Source of the DNA: Octopus vulgaris
Taxonomy: Eukaryota
DNA: 64,000 bases
Direction of reading: 5' to 3'
NCBI GenBank assembly: GCA_951406725.2
Contig: OX597822.1
Coordinates: forward strand, 23,064,001-23,128,000
Under the pieces are notes generated by a model that was not told the origin of the DNA, did no database searches, and saw only the letters and a program-made list of their open reading frames with translations. Below are positions 27,229-40,900 of the stretch, one piece after another; within the stretch, counting starts at the first letter, position 1; each line of letters opens with the position of its first letter. The translations under genes were made by a program, and so were the position numbers.

Positions 27229-29259
27229 TTAATGGCTTGGATGAAATTTGCTGAGACAGATTTTTCAATGGCTGAATGCTCTTCCTGTTCAATGTCCTCA
27301 TTTATTTCCAAAGTAAAATAGTATCTTCCCATGGCCAGATATGTTTATACTGAATATTAGAAATTAATGACACTGCTTGCATGATAATAACTCTCTTTGA
27401 CAACTATCATACAGTACCAAGATAAGGAGACACATACATGCAGTCACATATATGCCCCGATACACACACACACGTATATATAAGGGTAAAGACCCCCTTT
27501 TGGTTATGAATGACTATGAGACTGCACCTAGAAAGGTACAAGACTGGGCAAGATTGTTTATGGAAGACCAGCAGTTGTCCATGCATACCAACCTCCCCTC
27601 TCCATACCACTAATGTTATCCAAGGGAAAGGCAAAGGCCAATATAGCAATGCACCAGTGATGTCACAACTCATTTTTTACAGATGAGTGAACTGGAGCAA
27701 AGTGAAATAAAGTATCTTGCTCAAGAACACAACACAGAGTCCAGTCCAGGAATTGAACTCACCACCTCATTCTTGTGAGTCTGATGCTCTATCCACTGAG
27801 CCACGTGCCTTCACATAAAACACACACACACACAAGGGCTTCTTTCAGTTTCAATGTACCAAATCCACTCACAAGGCTTTGGTCATCTCAGGACCACAGC
27901 AAAAGACACTTGCCCAAGATGCCACATAGTGGAAAACTGAATCCAAAGCCATGCTGTTGGGAATTAAACTTCTTAGCCACACAGCCAACTACTGTACAAA
28001 ATTACTTTGTTCTGTTTGATGAAAATAATTCCTTTTTCTTTTGTTTTGGCATCTTTTTTTCAAAACATACAAAGGAAGCATTTGTAAAATGTCGTTCAGT
28101 AAATGGAGTACTGTATTAGACTAAGAACCTCTGGTCTAGACTATATCTTGTTATCTAAGACACACACACACACACATAAAAATCCTAAATCAATAAACCC
28201 TTAGTCTGTAACTGAAACCCAAATTTTCAGTGCCATATCTCAGTACCAAAGTACTGATGTCTTTCATTTCATTATGTTCCCTAAGGATATCTCTTTCTCA
28301 GCCACACACACATATTTATTCTAAGACTTGCAGTAAATCTACCATTTATCAACCAATAAGCTTTGTTGTTGGATTATTCTTTGGAATTTCATTTGCTACT
28401 TTGCAAATAAATAATTGATTCTGTGTGTGTGTGTAAACTTTCTTACAGGGGCCAGCAAGCTAGGGGGCTGCACCAGACTCCAGTATGATTTGACAAGGTG
28501 TCTATGCCTGGATGCCCTTCCTAATGCCAACCACTTTACAGAGTGTCCTGGGTACTTTTATGTGGCACTGCATAGGCACTTTTATGTTGCATCACCACAA
28601 GTGCTTTACACCACCAGCAAAAGAGTGGTCTTAACACTTCAGCTGTGGGGTTAGGGTCTTCTTGAGTACAGTCAGGCACCAGGTATCTCGGCCCTTTGTC
28701 ATCTCACCTGAACGATTCAGCTTCATCAGCACTTCATCCCATATATATATTTTATTAATAATCAGCAGGAGTGACTCAAGGGCCGAGAGTTTTGTGTATT
28801 GGCATTAATATCAAACTTATATGTGTGTGTGGAAGCCAGTTGGATATATATATATATATATAGTGTATTTCTCCATTTTCTTATTTTGTATTATATATAT
28901 GATTGATGGAAGATATGAGAATGTTTATTGATCATGACAATTGTTTTGACCCATCTAGCATTGATCCCCGACAGATGGGATACTGAGCAACTAGTTTAGG
29001 AGCATCTGTTGGTTTAGATGTGTCTCGTTAAAATAACGTCTGTTCTTCAAGTTTTCTACTCAGTGTGTGTGTGTGTGTGTGTGTATATCTGACTGGTTTC
29101 TATGTATGGAAAAGTGCAAGTTAAAATGTATGTATAAGTGTGTGTGTGTGTGTGTGTATGTATGTGTGAATGCATTCTTTCTCTTTTTAATTTAGAGGAA
29201 ATTTTGACTGGCCACCAACTTGGTTATGAAGGAATGTATGTTGTTTTAACCATCATCAA

Positions 29260-29419
29260 GGCAAAGGAGTGGCTTTGTGGTAAGTAGCTTGCTTACCAAC
29301 CACATGGTTCCGGGTTCATTCCCACTGTGTGGTACCTTGGGCAAGTGTCTTCTACTATAGCCGCGGGCTGACCAAAGCCTTGTGAGTGGATTTGGTAGAC
29401 GGAAACTGAAAGAAGCCTG

Positions 29420-29465
<46 letters not shown>

Positions 29466-29686
29466 GTGTGTGTATATGTTTGTGTGACTGTTTGTCCCCT
29501 CCCCCCAACATCGCTTGACAACCGATGGTGGTGTTTACATGTCCCTGTAACTTAGCGGTTCGGCAAAAGAAACCGATAGAATAAGTACTATGCTTCCAAA
29601 AAATAAGTCCTGGGGGTCAATTTGCTCGACTAAAAAGGCGGTGCTCCAGCATGGCCACAGTCAAATGACTGAAACGAGTAAAAGAG
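29260..29686 (+). mobile_element. tRNA-derived SINE, family A (full length, internal TA/TG microsatellite)
   Basis: Head GGAGTGGCTTTGTGGTAAGTAGCTTGC..GGGTTCATTCCC with A/B-box-like motifs, a CORE-like ACCTTGGGCAAGT, and tail CCAGCATGGCCACAGTCAAATGACTGAAAC. Many homologous copies or fragments elsewhere (e.g. 10740-11065 +, 14251-14410 +, 21438-21785 -, 50826-51525 -). Confidence 0.85.
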
Positions 29687-30205
29687 ATACAAAAAGAGAT
29701 CCTTTAAATCTTAAGGAGCAGCAAATTTTAATAGTTCTGGATATCATGACCATTTGTAGCATATGAATTAAGGATTTGCAAGACTCCAAATTCAGCCATA
29801 GTTTGCTCCAGATGGGTTGGTATGTATCCTGTTTGCTCCTATTATAATGGGTATGAAGCAGAGAGTGTATCTTAGGTACTGGATTTTCAAACTCCTTATC
29901 AATGGTTCATAGATGTCCTCTTTGTTTGATTGTATGCATGTATGTATGTATGTATATCTGTCTGTCTTTCTTATCTTCCGCACTTATGTCTACTTTTTCA
30001 AGCTTGCATGGGTCAGACAGAATTTGTTGTGGTACAATTTCTATGGCAGGATGTCCTTTCTGTCTGCTCCGTGCAACCATGGAAAAATGGACATTAAACA
30101 GAAGGTATGGAATTCTGAATGCCATTGTAAAAAAAACAAAACAAAACAAAAGTTAATAGTGGTTTGTAGAAAATAGGAGGTATCATGCTAATCCTTCATA
30201 CTCAC

Positions 30206-30290
30206 CTTGCTAAAGTTTTTATCTTGTTTTCTATACTCCTATGTCGCATGCAAAGCCGTGTGAGAGAAGAACCCATTTCTCTTGTGGCAC
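30206..30290 (-). CDS. MTSS1: MTSS1/MIM-like I-BAR (IMD) protein, internal exon (85 bp)
   Basis: Minus strand reads ttttctttccag|GT GCC ACA AGA...GCA AG|gtgagt. Translation (G)ATREMGSSLTRLCMRHRSIENKIKTLA(S) resembles recalled human MTSS1 GGTREIGSALTRMCMRHRSIEAKLRQFSS. Confidence 0.95.
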
Positions 30291-33200
30291 CTGGAAAGAA
30301 AAAAAAGGAAGAACATAAGCACAATATATAGAGAGTTTGGTAAATTCTAACAGCTCTTTGGTAGAATATTCTATCTGGTTTGAACAAGAAAATGAAATGA
30401 AGTCTTTTAGAACTGTACTAAATTCAATACCAAGATACCATTTGTTGTTAAATAAAAAATAGAACATATAATTTTCATATTAGAACATATTATTGTTAGA
30501 TAAAACATAAAACATTATTTTCTAGGTTTGCAGTACTAAACTCCAATAGAAAAGGAAAAGCAAAACAAAATTAAGGCTCCCACAAAATCTTCAGCATTTT
30601 ATCTGGAGAAGAGTTGTACCCCAACTACTTAACCCCCTTGATACCAATCCACTCATTCTGAACTAATGTCTTTAAATTTATATTTATATGTACTGTAGTT
30701 TTAAGTAAGCAAAGTTTGCTATGATCCAAACGCTAGCTTAATAACGAATAAATTATTTTGATAAATCTCTGTAACTCATTGACTTATCATCATAATTGTC
30801 ATTATCATCATTTAATGTTGGCTTTCCATGTTGGCATGGGTTGGACGGTTTGACAGAGGACTGACCAGCTGAAGGGCTGTTCAGGCACCATGTCTATTTT
30901 GGCATGGTTTCTACAGCTGGATGCCCTTCCTAACACCAACCACTTTACTGAGTGTACTGGGTGCTTTTACGCAATAGCAGTACAGACATATTGTTTTGAG
31001 CTGAGTTGGGGTGCTAGATTCCCTTGTTTGAAAATATAAGGACACAGATCGTGTTGTATAGCCAGATGGAGACGATGTCTCCTGGGGCTAAATTACAGCA
31101 ACATTCATCCTAAACCAGAACTGCCATGTTATGTTGGCAAACAATCTTTACTACAACAAAGAGAGAAATAGAAAGTTTGTACTGCAATAGGTTTTAACCT
31201 CCCCCTCCCACACACACCTTCTTAAAATGCAGCATATTTAATGAGGAGGGCAATGTTTCTCAAACGAATACTATTCATTTCCACTTGCATCATTAAACCA
31301 TCTGTTGACAGTTTGTAGCGTTCAGGTGAGCTGTTGTCAAAATAGCACATTACATTTAGTTATTATACACTCGAGAGTTATTATCTACAGAGAGCAATTT
31401 CTTATAAAAATCTTAGAATGAAGAACACTCAAGAGAAAAATATTTTCCACTGAAATTGCTAAACATTATTGGTACTGTTGACATTAAGTCTTTTTAGGAC
31501 TTGTTTTGGGCTTTTGGGGTTGTTTTTGTGGACATTTTCTCAGGTTGCAGTTAACAATTATTTTTGGAAGTTGACAGGGATAAAAAAGGGGGACAAAATG
31601 CAATTTTTGAAAGACAAGAGATTGGGGTTTTAGGGTTAGTTTTCTTGACTTTTTTTTCAGGTTGCAGTTAACATGTTTAGAAGCTGAGAGAGTTAAAAAA
31701 AAAAAAACATACAATTTTTGTAAGGCAAAATTAAGAATTTAAAGAAACTAATGAGTTTGTAAAGAAGTTTGAAGGGTAAGAGCTAAGGGCTTTGAGGTTA
31801 TGTTTCTTGATTATCTTTCAGGTTGAAGTTAACAATTATGTTTAGAAATCGAGAGGGTTAAAAAAAAAAAAAGGGAAAAAAATTTTCTATGATAAAATTC
31901 AGAATTTGTGGAAACTAGTAATGGCCTATGTCAGCAAATGCAATAATTAATACAAGTGAGAGTTTGTAGAAGAGTTTGATGGGCAAGAACTTGAAATGTT
32001 AGATTGTTCAATCATAAAATCAATTGAACTTATCGAATTCTTCAATGAACTTTTGCACTACACAGAATGCCAACCTATTACCAAATGACTTCATCTCATG
32101 GCAGGAACTGCACAAAGCAATGCCTAATGCCTACAGAGATTAAATTGTAAAATCTTGTGATAGCTATTTAACTCTTCTATTACCAACCTACCTGAGACTG
32201 GCCCTAGTTCTATGATACAAAGTTTCTCATTGAAAGTATCCTAAATTAAAACTTTCCATCAAAATTTATGGTTAATTTATGTTCCAAACGTGTTTACTAA
32301 CAACAAAATTATTTTAATAGTCTTCGTTATTTTCAAAATTAACAAATAAAAACAGTGTATTTTAACAGGAATATAGTAAGAAGATGGTTAAAGTGATCTA
32401 AATGAAAACCTTCAATCAAAATATGTTATGTTCCTAACACCAGTTTAATAAACACAAAATTATTTTAATAAATTCTTCATTATTTTAAAAATCTCTTGAA
32501 ATAAATGCAGTGTATTTCAGTTGAAATATGGTAACAAAAGTGTTAATGATAAGTTGTCTGACAAATGGAAGCTAATTGGAATTGACTGGTTGTCTGGTGA
32601 ACTGCCAACTGGATATTCAGAATGAAAGTTGTCATCATACTTCCATTATTGTCACCCACATCACAGCATCCATCTCCATGATCATCATCAAGATTACCAT
32701 CATGTCCCAGACCTGTTGCCAGACTTAGGTGCCATGGGGGTGCTTCAGAATATTCTGAGTGGGCACTAATTATATTGCAGAAGATTTTTTTAAAGTTGTA
32801 TTTTCTAAATCTGAGGGTGCATCACTGAATAGTGAGGGGGTAGTGCTGTCCAATGCTACCCTTTAGCAACAGGTATACCACAACCATCACTTTGTGTTCT
32901 TGGGTTGTCCACACTCAATAAGGAACTCTGGTGCCTTTTGTTTTAGGTTTTGTGTTTCTAGAAGAATGAATTTTACTCTAATAGTGGTCAAGATGGGATT
33001 TGAACTAAGAATGCACAGAGCTGGAATAAATGCTGTCTGATGCTCTAACAACAGTGCCAATCCACCCTCTTGGCTGGTATTTTATTTCGTGGACCCAAAA
33101 GGCATAGTCAACTTTTGTGGGATTTGAACTTGGAGATTAGTGCATTAGAACATACACGGCATAGCATATTTTTTTTCCTCTCTGATTCTCTAACAATTCT

Positions 33201-33734
33201 GCCAATCCAATCTTCTGCCTGATTTGTTTTTGAAAAGAGAAAACATGTTCCAGGAAACAAAGCTATTTTCCCAAAGCTGCTGCCGTGTTCAACAAAGCTT
33301 AATGAGATGGATAGCTTTATCTGTTTACTTTTCTTACATGTCAGCTTGGCCTTTCATAGTTTAGCAAATAAAGAGCTCTTAGATGTTCATGTAGAGGTGT
33401 GAATATCAATTCAATTATTAGTAATAGATGAGAGAGAGAGAGAGAGTGTGTGAGAGAAAAGTATAGAGGAAATTGAATCCCTAAAGTGAAGTGAATCAAA
33501 TGCATGTCTAAAGATATCTATAGCTGACAGAGAGACTCAATGAAATTGAGAGTGTGTGAAGTGACCAGACAAAATAGCGTCTTATCTATAGAGATATATG
33601 GAAAAATCTGATGATCAGGTTACAATGTGTGGGATATTTCTATAGAAGGGATGGATCATATTTATATTACAATTAAAACTAAGTAGTGAAGCTATATGTT
33701 TATGGATGTGTGTGTGTGTGTGTGTGTGTGAGAG

Positions 33735-33775
<41 letters not shown>

Positions 33776-33856
33776 AAAGATGAATCTGATCCATCCATAG
33801 TGCTATGTTGTAACCTGAATAAGGGATTATAAAGTTAATAAAATATCATACAGAAC

Positions 33857-33905
<49 letters not shown>

Positions 33906-35863
33906 ACATGTGTAGTATTTAGCCACTTACAAGTACAACAATGAGGCAATTTGGTTGACCAAACAACTAGAATATTTCTTGCTATTTTTATGTGTGGTAT
34001 AATGTGTATATGTCTAAACACATACACACACATATCCTGGGTCCTTCATATCATATTATATATATCATATATATATATATATATAGTCTTGCGAGTAAGT
34101 ACTTGGTGACCCTGTCAATGCAGGTGCCATTTAAAAGCACCCAGTCCACACAGTAAAGTGGTTGGCATTAGGAAGGGCATCCAACCGTAAAAATCTTGCC
34201 AAAACTGACCTCACCTGTGCTTGTGTCACGTAAATAGCACTAAGCTCACTCAGCTGAGTGGTTGGTGTTAGGGAGGGTATCCAGCTGTAAAAATCCTGCC
34301 AAAACAGTTACAGAAGTCTGGTGCAGGCTTCTGCCTGGTCAGCTCTTGTCAAATCGTCCCATCCATACCAGTATGGAAGGTGAATGTTAAATGATGATGA
34401 TGATCATATATACATGTGCATCTAAATAATATAGAGTCTATATATGTAGATAATACATTCTTGAATGCATGTGATATAGCGAGATGTTTTGAAAACAACT
34501 TGCACATGAAAATGCTACCAATCGAGAACTCAGCATACCAGAAGCCAGCATGTGTATGGGGTCAGCAGGAGAGAATGTGTGCAGTTTTGGGGCCTACCTC
34601 TTTATGGTATCAATGCGCACCAGCCTCCCTCACTGACATGAGGCCCCACTGGTTATCAACTAAAGCTCAATATTCTTCTGGCCATCACTCATTGTCTCTT
34701 TTTAACCAAATCCAGTGGCTAGTCTTCTCCACAGTAGTTTGGATATTGGTCATGGTCGTATTTACTTCACGATGAGTTAGGCCTAATGATAACAAGTCAT
34801 CTCACTCTGTGTCCTCTACATCCGACTTTGATTGGAAAATGCACCGCTTTCCAGCCTGCATCTTCACATTCCTCGAGGAGGTTTACATAACGGTCAATCT
34901 TTCAAGCCTGAGCGGCATCAATGTAATCTTCATGATGAACTGTTAACTTGACTAAATTCACAACTTTCCTTCTTTCACACAACATTAAAATGTTCATTTT
35001 TTTTTTCGTAACTGGGATGGGAAAGAGTTCCTGGCACCCTGGTAAATCTTTATAAATATGAAATAGGAAATGTATTCTTGAATGTGTGTGACACAATGTC
35101 TGTCTCTATCCCAAGTTTTTTTTATATCACAGAATATATTTTTACATGTATGATTATGCATGTGCTTGTGTATAAGCTTATCACATATTTTAAGCCTTTC
35201 ATATCACATAGGTAAAGATATTCTTTGCACGTGTACTTGTAGATGTGTGCATGTACAATATCATGCCACCAAATTCTATCAAAGACTATATCATATATTG
35301 TATTTCTGCATGTATATGATATCATTTATATATCTCAAGTTTTCATATCACATAGGTAATGTATTCTTGCATAGATGTGTGAGAGAGAGAGAGTGAGTGA
35401 GAGAGAAAAAAGAGAGAGAGAGATCACCTACGTCCTCCATATCTTACAGGTAATGTGTTCCGTTATGGATAGTAAGAGTTGAAGTGTCAGAACTGCAAGT
35501 GTCAGCTCTGAGAGGATTCTTATCAACACTGTTTTATTGACATTTATTAATATTTCTTTTAACCTCGGGCAACAATCGTAATATGGAGTACTAAGAAAAC
35601 CATCAGTGCATTCGTATATATATACACACACATTACTGCTTCAACGACACCACATACATGTGCACACGTAAGCACGCGCGCGCGCACACACACAGAATCT
35701 CTCGCTTTCTCTGTTTCTCTGTCTTCCTCTACTAAGCAGCACCTTTATTGCCTGAGTGCATCTCCCTCTCTCTATCTTTTTGTCTTTCTCTCTCTCTCTC
35801 TATATATATATATAGAGAGAAAGTGAAAGAAGATGCACAGGCAATAAAGGTGTTTAATGTGTA

Positions 35864-35894
<31 letters not shown>

Positions 35895-35912
<18 letters not shown>

Positions 35913-36150
35913 GAAGAAAGAGATGTGGATGTGTGTGTGTGGGAGAGAGAGAGAGGAAGAAAGAGATGTGGATGTGTGTGTGTGGGAGAGAGAGAGAGAG
36001 AGAGAGAGGAAGAAAGAGATGTGGATGTGTGTGTGTGAGAGAGAGAGAGGAAGAAAGAGATGTGTGTGTGTGTGGGAGAGAGAGAGAGGAAGAAAGAGAT
36101 GTGTGTGTGTGTGGCAGAGAGAAAGAGAGAGTGTGTGTATGTGTGTGTGT
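35895..36150. repeat. Compound microsatellite with recurring GAGGAAGAAAGAGATGTG unit
   Basis: Five copies of GAGGAAGAAAGAGATGTG separated by variable (TG)n and (GA)n tracts. Confidence 0.9.
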
Positions 36151-37073
36151 GTGGGGGGGGGGGCCGAGAGTGTCAAACAGAGAAAGAAAGGTAGAGAGAG
36201 AAAGAAATACACGAGAAAGTCTATGCATGTATGTGTAAATGTATGTTGCTGTCGTTATTGTCACAGCAGCAATGAAATAATGGAAACAAGTTAGGTCTGT
36301 CTGCAGGCAGTAGTGTGATGAATGTAGAAGCTCAATTGACGCACTAGCAGTAACATGGCCATGATTTTCATTGAGAGAGAGAAAGAGAGGATTAATGTTA
36401 AGAGATAATAAGGCGAAGGAGAGAGAGAATTAGAAGGAGGAATAAGGTGAAAGGGACTCCAATGGTCGCCATTTACTCACTCATCCCGCCAAGGCTGTCA
36501 ACCCCAACAGGTTACATCAGAGAAGTAATAAGTACCAAGCAGTTAGTGTCACACACATCAATACGCTCGTGTGTGTAAAAAATATAGAAGCACATGCAGT
36601 TTCCTTAATATCAAGACAAATGGGTCTCTTTCATTCATTAATCTGTAAATAGCAAATGATAATGAGAATGATGGCGATGGTGGTGGTGGTGGTAAGACCT
36701 ACAATCCATTAGGATCTTGACGTACTATCGTTAAGAAGACAGGCTTCTTAAATTTCCGTAATTTAACGACAGTGAGCTTCATTAAATCCGAATACCACTC
36801 GTTGTTTGTTGTCTATCCCCCAAGTCGGCATTGATTCAGAAACCTATAACAAACGGTATTCAAGCTATAACCATGTTTTACTTGGTTCGCTCTGATTTTC
36901 ACCATCTCCCCAGGAATAGTATAACTTTGACTACATACTTACATACACATGAAAGATAAACACATTTCTGTTTTTACTCTTTTACTTGTTTCAGTCATTG
37001 ATCTGCGGTTATAAGGGGCTACGACCTTGAAGGGTTTAGTCAGTGAAATCTATTCCAGTCCTTATTTGAAGCC

Positions 37074-37276
37074 TGAAGGGGTGCTGAATAGTTCCTGGGT
37101 TTAAGGGTCTCGCGAAAGGCCTGGTTGGAGGTCCAACCTTCCGAGTTCTTTTACAGGGCTTGGAAAAACCGAAGGACTTGTGTGTGAATGGGACAAATAT
37201 GTTGAATAAAATCGTAATTAACTGATCCTCCTGTATTCTCTTTTACCCAAACCCAGGAACTTTTCAGCACCCTTCA
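37074..37276. mobile_element. Mariner-type MITE, copy 1 of a tandem pair
   Basis: TIR GGGTGCTGAATAGTTCCTGGGTTT / AAACCCAGGAACTTTTCAGCACCC. Confidence 0.8.
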
Positions 37277-37308
37277 TATATATATATATAAATAATTACA
37301 CACACACA

Positions 37309-37520
37309 CGAGGAGTTGCTGAAAAGTTTCTGGCTTTAAGGATGTCGCGAAAGGCCTGGTTGGAAGCCCAACATTTTGAGTTCTTGTACAGAGGTTAGAA
37401 AAACTGAAGAACCGCTGCAATAAGGGTGTGAATGTGACAAGGGAATAATTCAATAAAATCATAATTAACTGATCCTCCTGTATTTTCTTTTACCCAAAGG
37501 CAGAAACTTTTCAGCACCCC
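37309..37520. mobile_element. Mariner-type MITE, copy 2 of a tandem pair
   Basis: TGCTGAAAAGTTTCTG ... CAGAAACTTTTCAGCACCCC. Body homologous to 37074-37276. Confidence 0.78.
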
Positions 37521-37759
37521 ATTACATTCGATCGGTTTCTTTTTGCTGAACTGTTATATTACATGGAAATAAACAAGGCAACCCTGGCTGTTAAACGGTC
37601 AGATATATATATATATATATATATATATATGCTTCAGAACGAAGCGTCAGTCGAGTTCTGAGTGGTAACAATTAGACTGACAAAGGAAAAAAAATCAATT
37701 ATGAGCTTCCGATGAAGGTATATAAGGCGAGATTCTAGCAATCATTCACTTCGAGTGTA

Positions 37760-37973
37760 CAGTAATCCCTCGACTATCGCGGGTGTTACGTTCGCCCGCC
37801 CCCTCCACGATAAGCGAAAATCCGCGAAGTAGAAACAGTACTGTATAATATATATATATTTTTTATTATTTTTATAATTTGTATATATTTGTTTTAGTAT
37901 AAATGCAAAACAACACCACAGAGGAATCGACGTAAGCTTAAATAATAAGCCGTGTTATGGCGAGGGATTACTG
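37760..37973. mobile_element. Tigger/pogo-like MITE
   Basis: Perfect 13-bp TIR CAGTAATCCCTCG / CGAGGGATTACTG with TA on both sides. Confidence 0.85.
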
Positions 37974-40900
37974 TAGCAGAAACACATGTAAGCTAACGAA
38001 GTTCATAACTGTTTTTCCTTTTCCTGTCAACCAAATTCATTCACGTGGCATTAGTTAGGCCAGGTCTATAGAAGACACTCTACCAATGTGCATCACGGCC
38101 GGACTGAACACGAAACCACAAAGTTGCAAAGTAAACTTCTAAACTCCACAGCCATGCTTGCACCACATTGACGATAATTGATAGGTCAGCGTGTGAAACA
38201 AAAAAAAAAAAAATACCTTCTGGTATTTATTCTGCCCGCGTTGCTGAAGATTTCTCTTGTCACTAGAGGGATCAGGCATCAATGTGGACAGTCTAGCATT
38301 TTAGTGCTTTGCTCTCTGTCCAGCAGAAATAATTACTCTGCTTGGAAATAAGTGAGGGTTGATGACAAGAGAATCCAGACTGTTGAAAATCTACCTCAAT
38401 ATATTCTGTGTGACCCAGGCAGTAGAGAAAAGTGATTGTTAAAACAACGACCATGCTGTAGAGACGTTATATGACGTGAAAAAAAAAAAAGAAAGAAAAA
38501 TTGATAATTTGGCAACATGCTACCTTCTTGCAACATGGAAGCTACATTGTCAAAATATACGAGAAGAAATAAAACCAGCTCAAGGCTACAATACAATGTG
38601 GTTGATTGTTTTGTTTGTTCCTGTTTCATATATGTTTAAAGAAATACCACAGAGGAAGATTGTGTTTAACCATGAATGGGGTTAAAGAAGTTGGATCGGC
38701 TGCTTTAAAGCAGAAAACGATATTTTCATGATTTACTGTGTATACTGCGTCGCTGTGATGTTGAAAACTAACAGGAGGCAAGAGCGGAAAATTGCAGATA
38801 AATGACACACCACTACACATAAAAGCCATGTTAACGATTTTATATATTGCAGACGTATTGTAACCGTCATTGTGGTTAATTTTTCACCCCTAGCTCCATC
38901 AACTGAAGATAAAAAAATCTTGGTTATAGAATTGTGTAGTGCAATTTTATGCTGTAAAGAATAATCAGTCATATAAATTTATAGTATATAAAGAATAAAA
39001 TAAAAACTTGACAAAAAAATATGGCAACTCTTACATATTGTTTATTTTTGCTTGTTTCAGTCATTGGACTGTGGCCATGTTGGGGCACCGTCTCGAAGGA
39101 TTTTAGTTAGACAAATTGACTCCAGTATTTTTTTAAAGCCTGGTACTTATTCTGACAGTCACTTCTGTCGAAACTGCTTATGCATGGGGACGTAAACAAA
39201 CCGACACCAGTAGTAACATTATGGTGGGATACGCACATACACAAAGCAATGTATGTATTATACTTAAAGCAGAGGCATCATTGAAAAAGACTCAAAACTG
39301 CAGAATTTGTCCTAAGATAGTATCCCTTATAGACATACTGTATTAAAAACACAGAAATATATCAGTAGCAGACAAAATTCGTCCAGTAGTGGTGGTGGGC
39401 ATGGTTAAATCCACATTTGACGATCCTTCGGTTTGGTATCGTAAGTACCGGAAGTGGCTTTGTTTACATTTCTGAAGATAACAGAACCCGTTTTCTCCCA
39501 CCCCTAACCCCCCATATATATATAAAAAAACACTTTCTTGAAATGTATCCGGTATTTCCGGTACCTATACCGAAGTTACGCCCCACATTTCTGTCTCCTT
39601 GAGTTTCATCAGTAGCAATTATCCACCATGATGGTTTCCACATGGCGTGGTGGATCACACGAGGGACATATACATGTATAACGACTTCATTTAAGTTTCC
39701 ATTGACCAAATCCACTCACAAAGCTTCGATTGGCCAAAGGCTAGTCCAGGATGCCACGCAGTTGGGCGGAACCCAAAATTATATGGTTACAAAGCAAGCT
39801 TCTTCTACGCACAGCCACGCTGCACTAATGTATAGAAATATTGTGAATTGAAAAGAAATATACAGTTGACTCACTGATAGTAAAAAAAAAAATGTTATAT
39901 GTGAGAGAAAAAAAAACGCATTAAAGCTTTAGTCATATTCTATGTGAATATTTTCCAACACTATTCTGTACAAAAGCATTTGGACTATATAAATAATAAT
40001 AAAAAGAAAATATTATTTGCCCTTTTCAGTAAGTACTGGATACTTCAAACAAAGGTGCAGCAAAAATGTTTCCCAAAACTTCTAAGCTATTTCCATATTG
40101 AGAAAGGAGCACAATATGTATGTTACTTGGCTTTTACAGTAATAACAATGAACCGTGAGCTGAGATAATACATCACGTACTAACTAAACCAGAGACAGCA
40201 GGTCTGGTTCAAAATAAAGAGTCTGTTCATCTGTATTCACTGTTGGCAACAATGCAAATGTTCAACTATGGAAAACACAGTAATTTGTTAATTTGTTCGT
40301 GTGTCTGTCTGCTTTGCGTTCATTATTTTCCTTATGCTTGTATGGGTTAAAGTTATTTGTTATTTGAAGAATTGTTTCACAGCCAGATGCCTTTCCTGAT
40401 GCTAACTCCCTATCTGTTGTCAAATAAGGAGTCACTTATTTCATACATCAAAGGCATTAAGTGCCTGGATGATTCGTTGACAGGAGAAACTGAAAACATC
40501 ACGTGTTGCACTTTCGTACAAGCGACTGAAGATGTAAACAAGTGGCACCCCGTCAGTTACGGCGATGAAGGTTCCAGTTGATCCAATCGACCAAGCAGTC
40601 CGCTCGTGAAATTAACATGCAAGTGGCTGAATATTCCACAGACACGCATAACTCTTGACGTGGCTCTCAGGGAGATTCAGCATGACACAGAATGTGACAA
40701 GGCTGGCCCTTTAAAATAAATACAGGCACAATTCATTTTTGCCAGCTGAGTGGACTGGAGCAACGTGGAATAAATTGTCTTGCTGAAGAAAACTATGCGC
40801 TACCAGGAATCGAACGCACAGCCTTATGATTATGAGCCGAATACCCTAACCACTATGCCACATGGCTTCACAGATGTAAAGAAACATATATGGAAACACA

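Noticed and set aside
35748-36294. Several overlapping 96-146 aa ORFs
   Set aside because: Low-complexity translations of a compound microsatellite.
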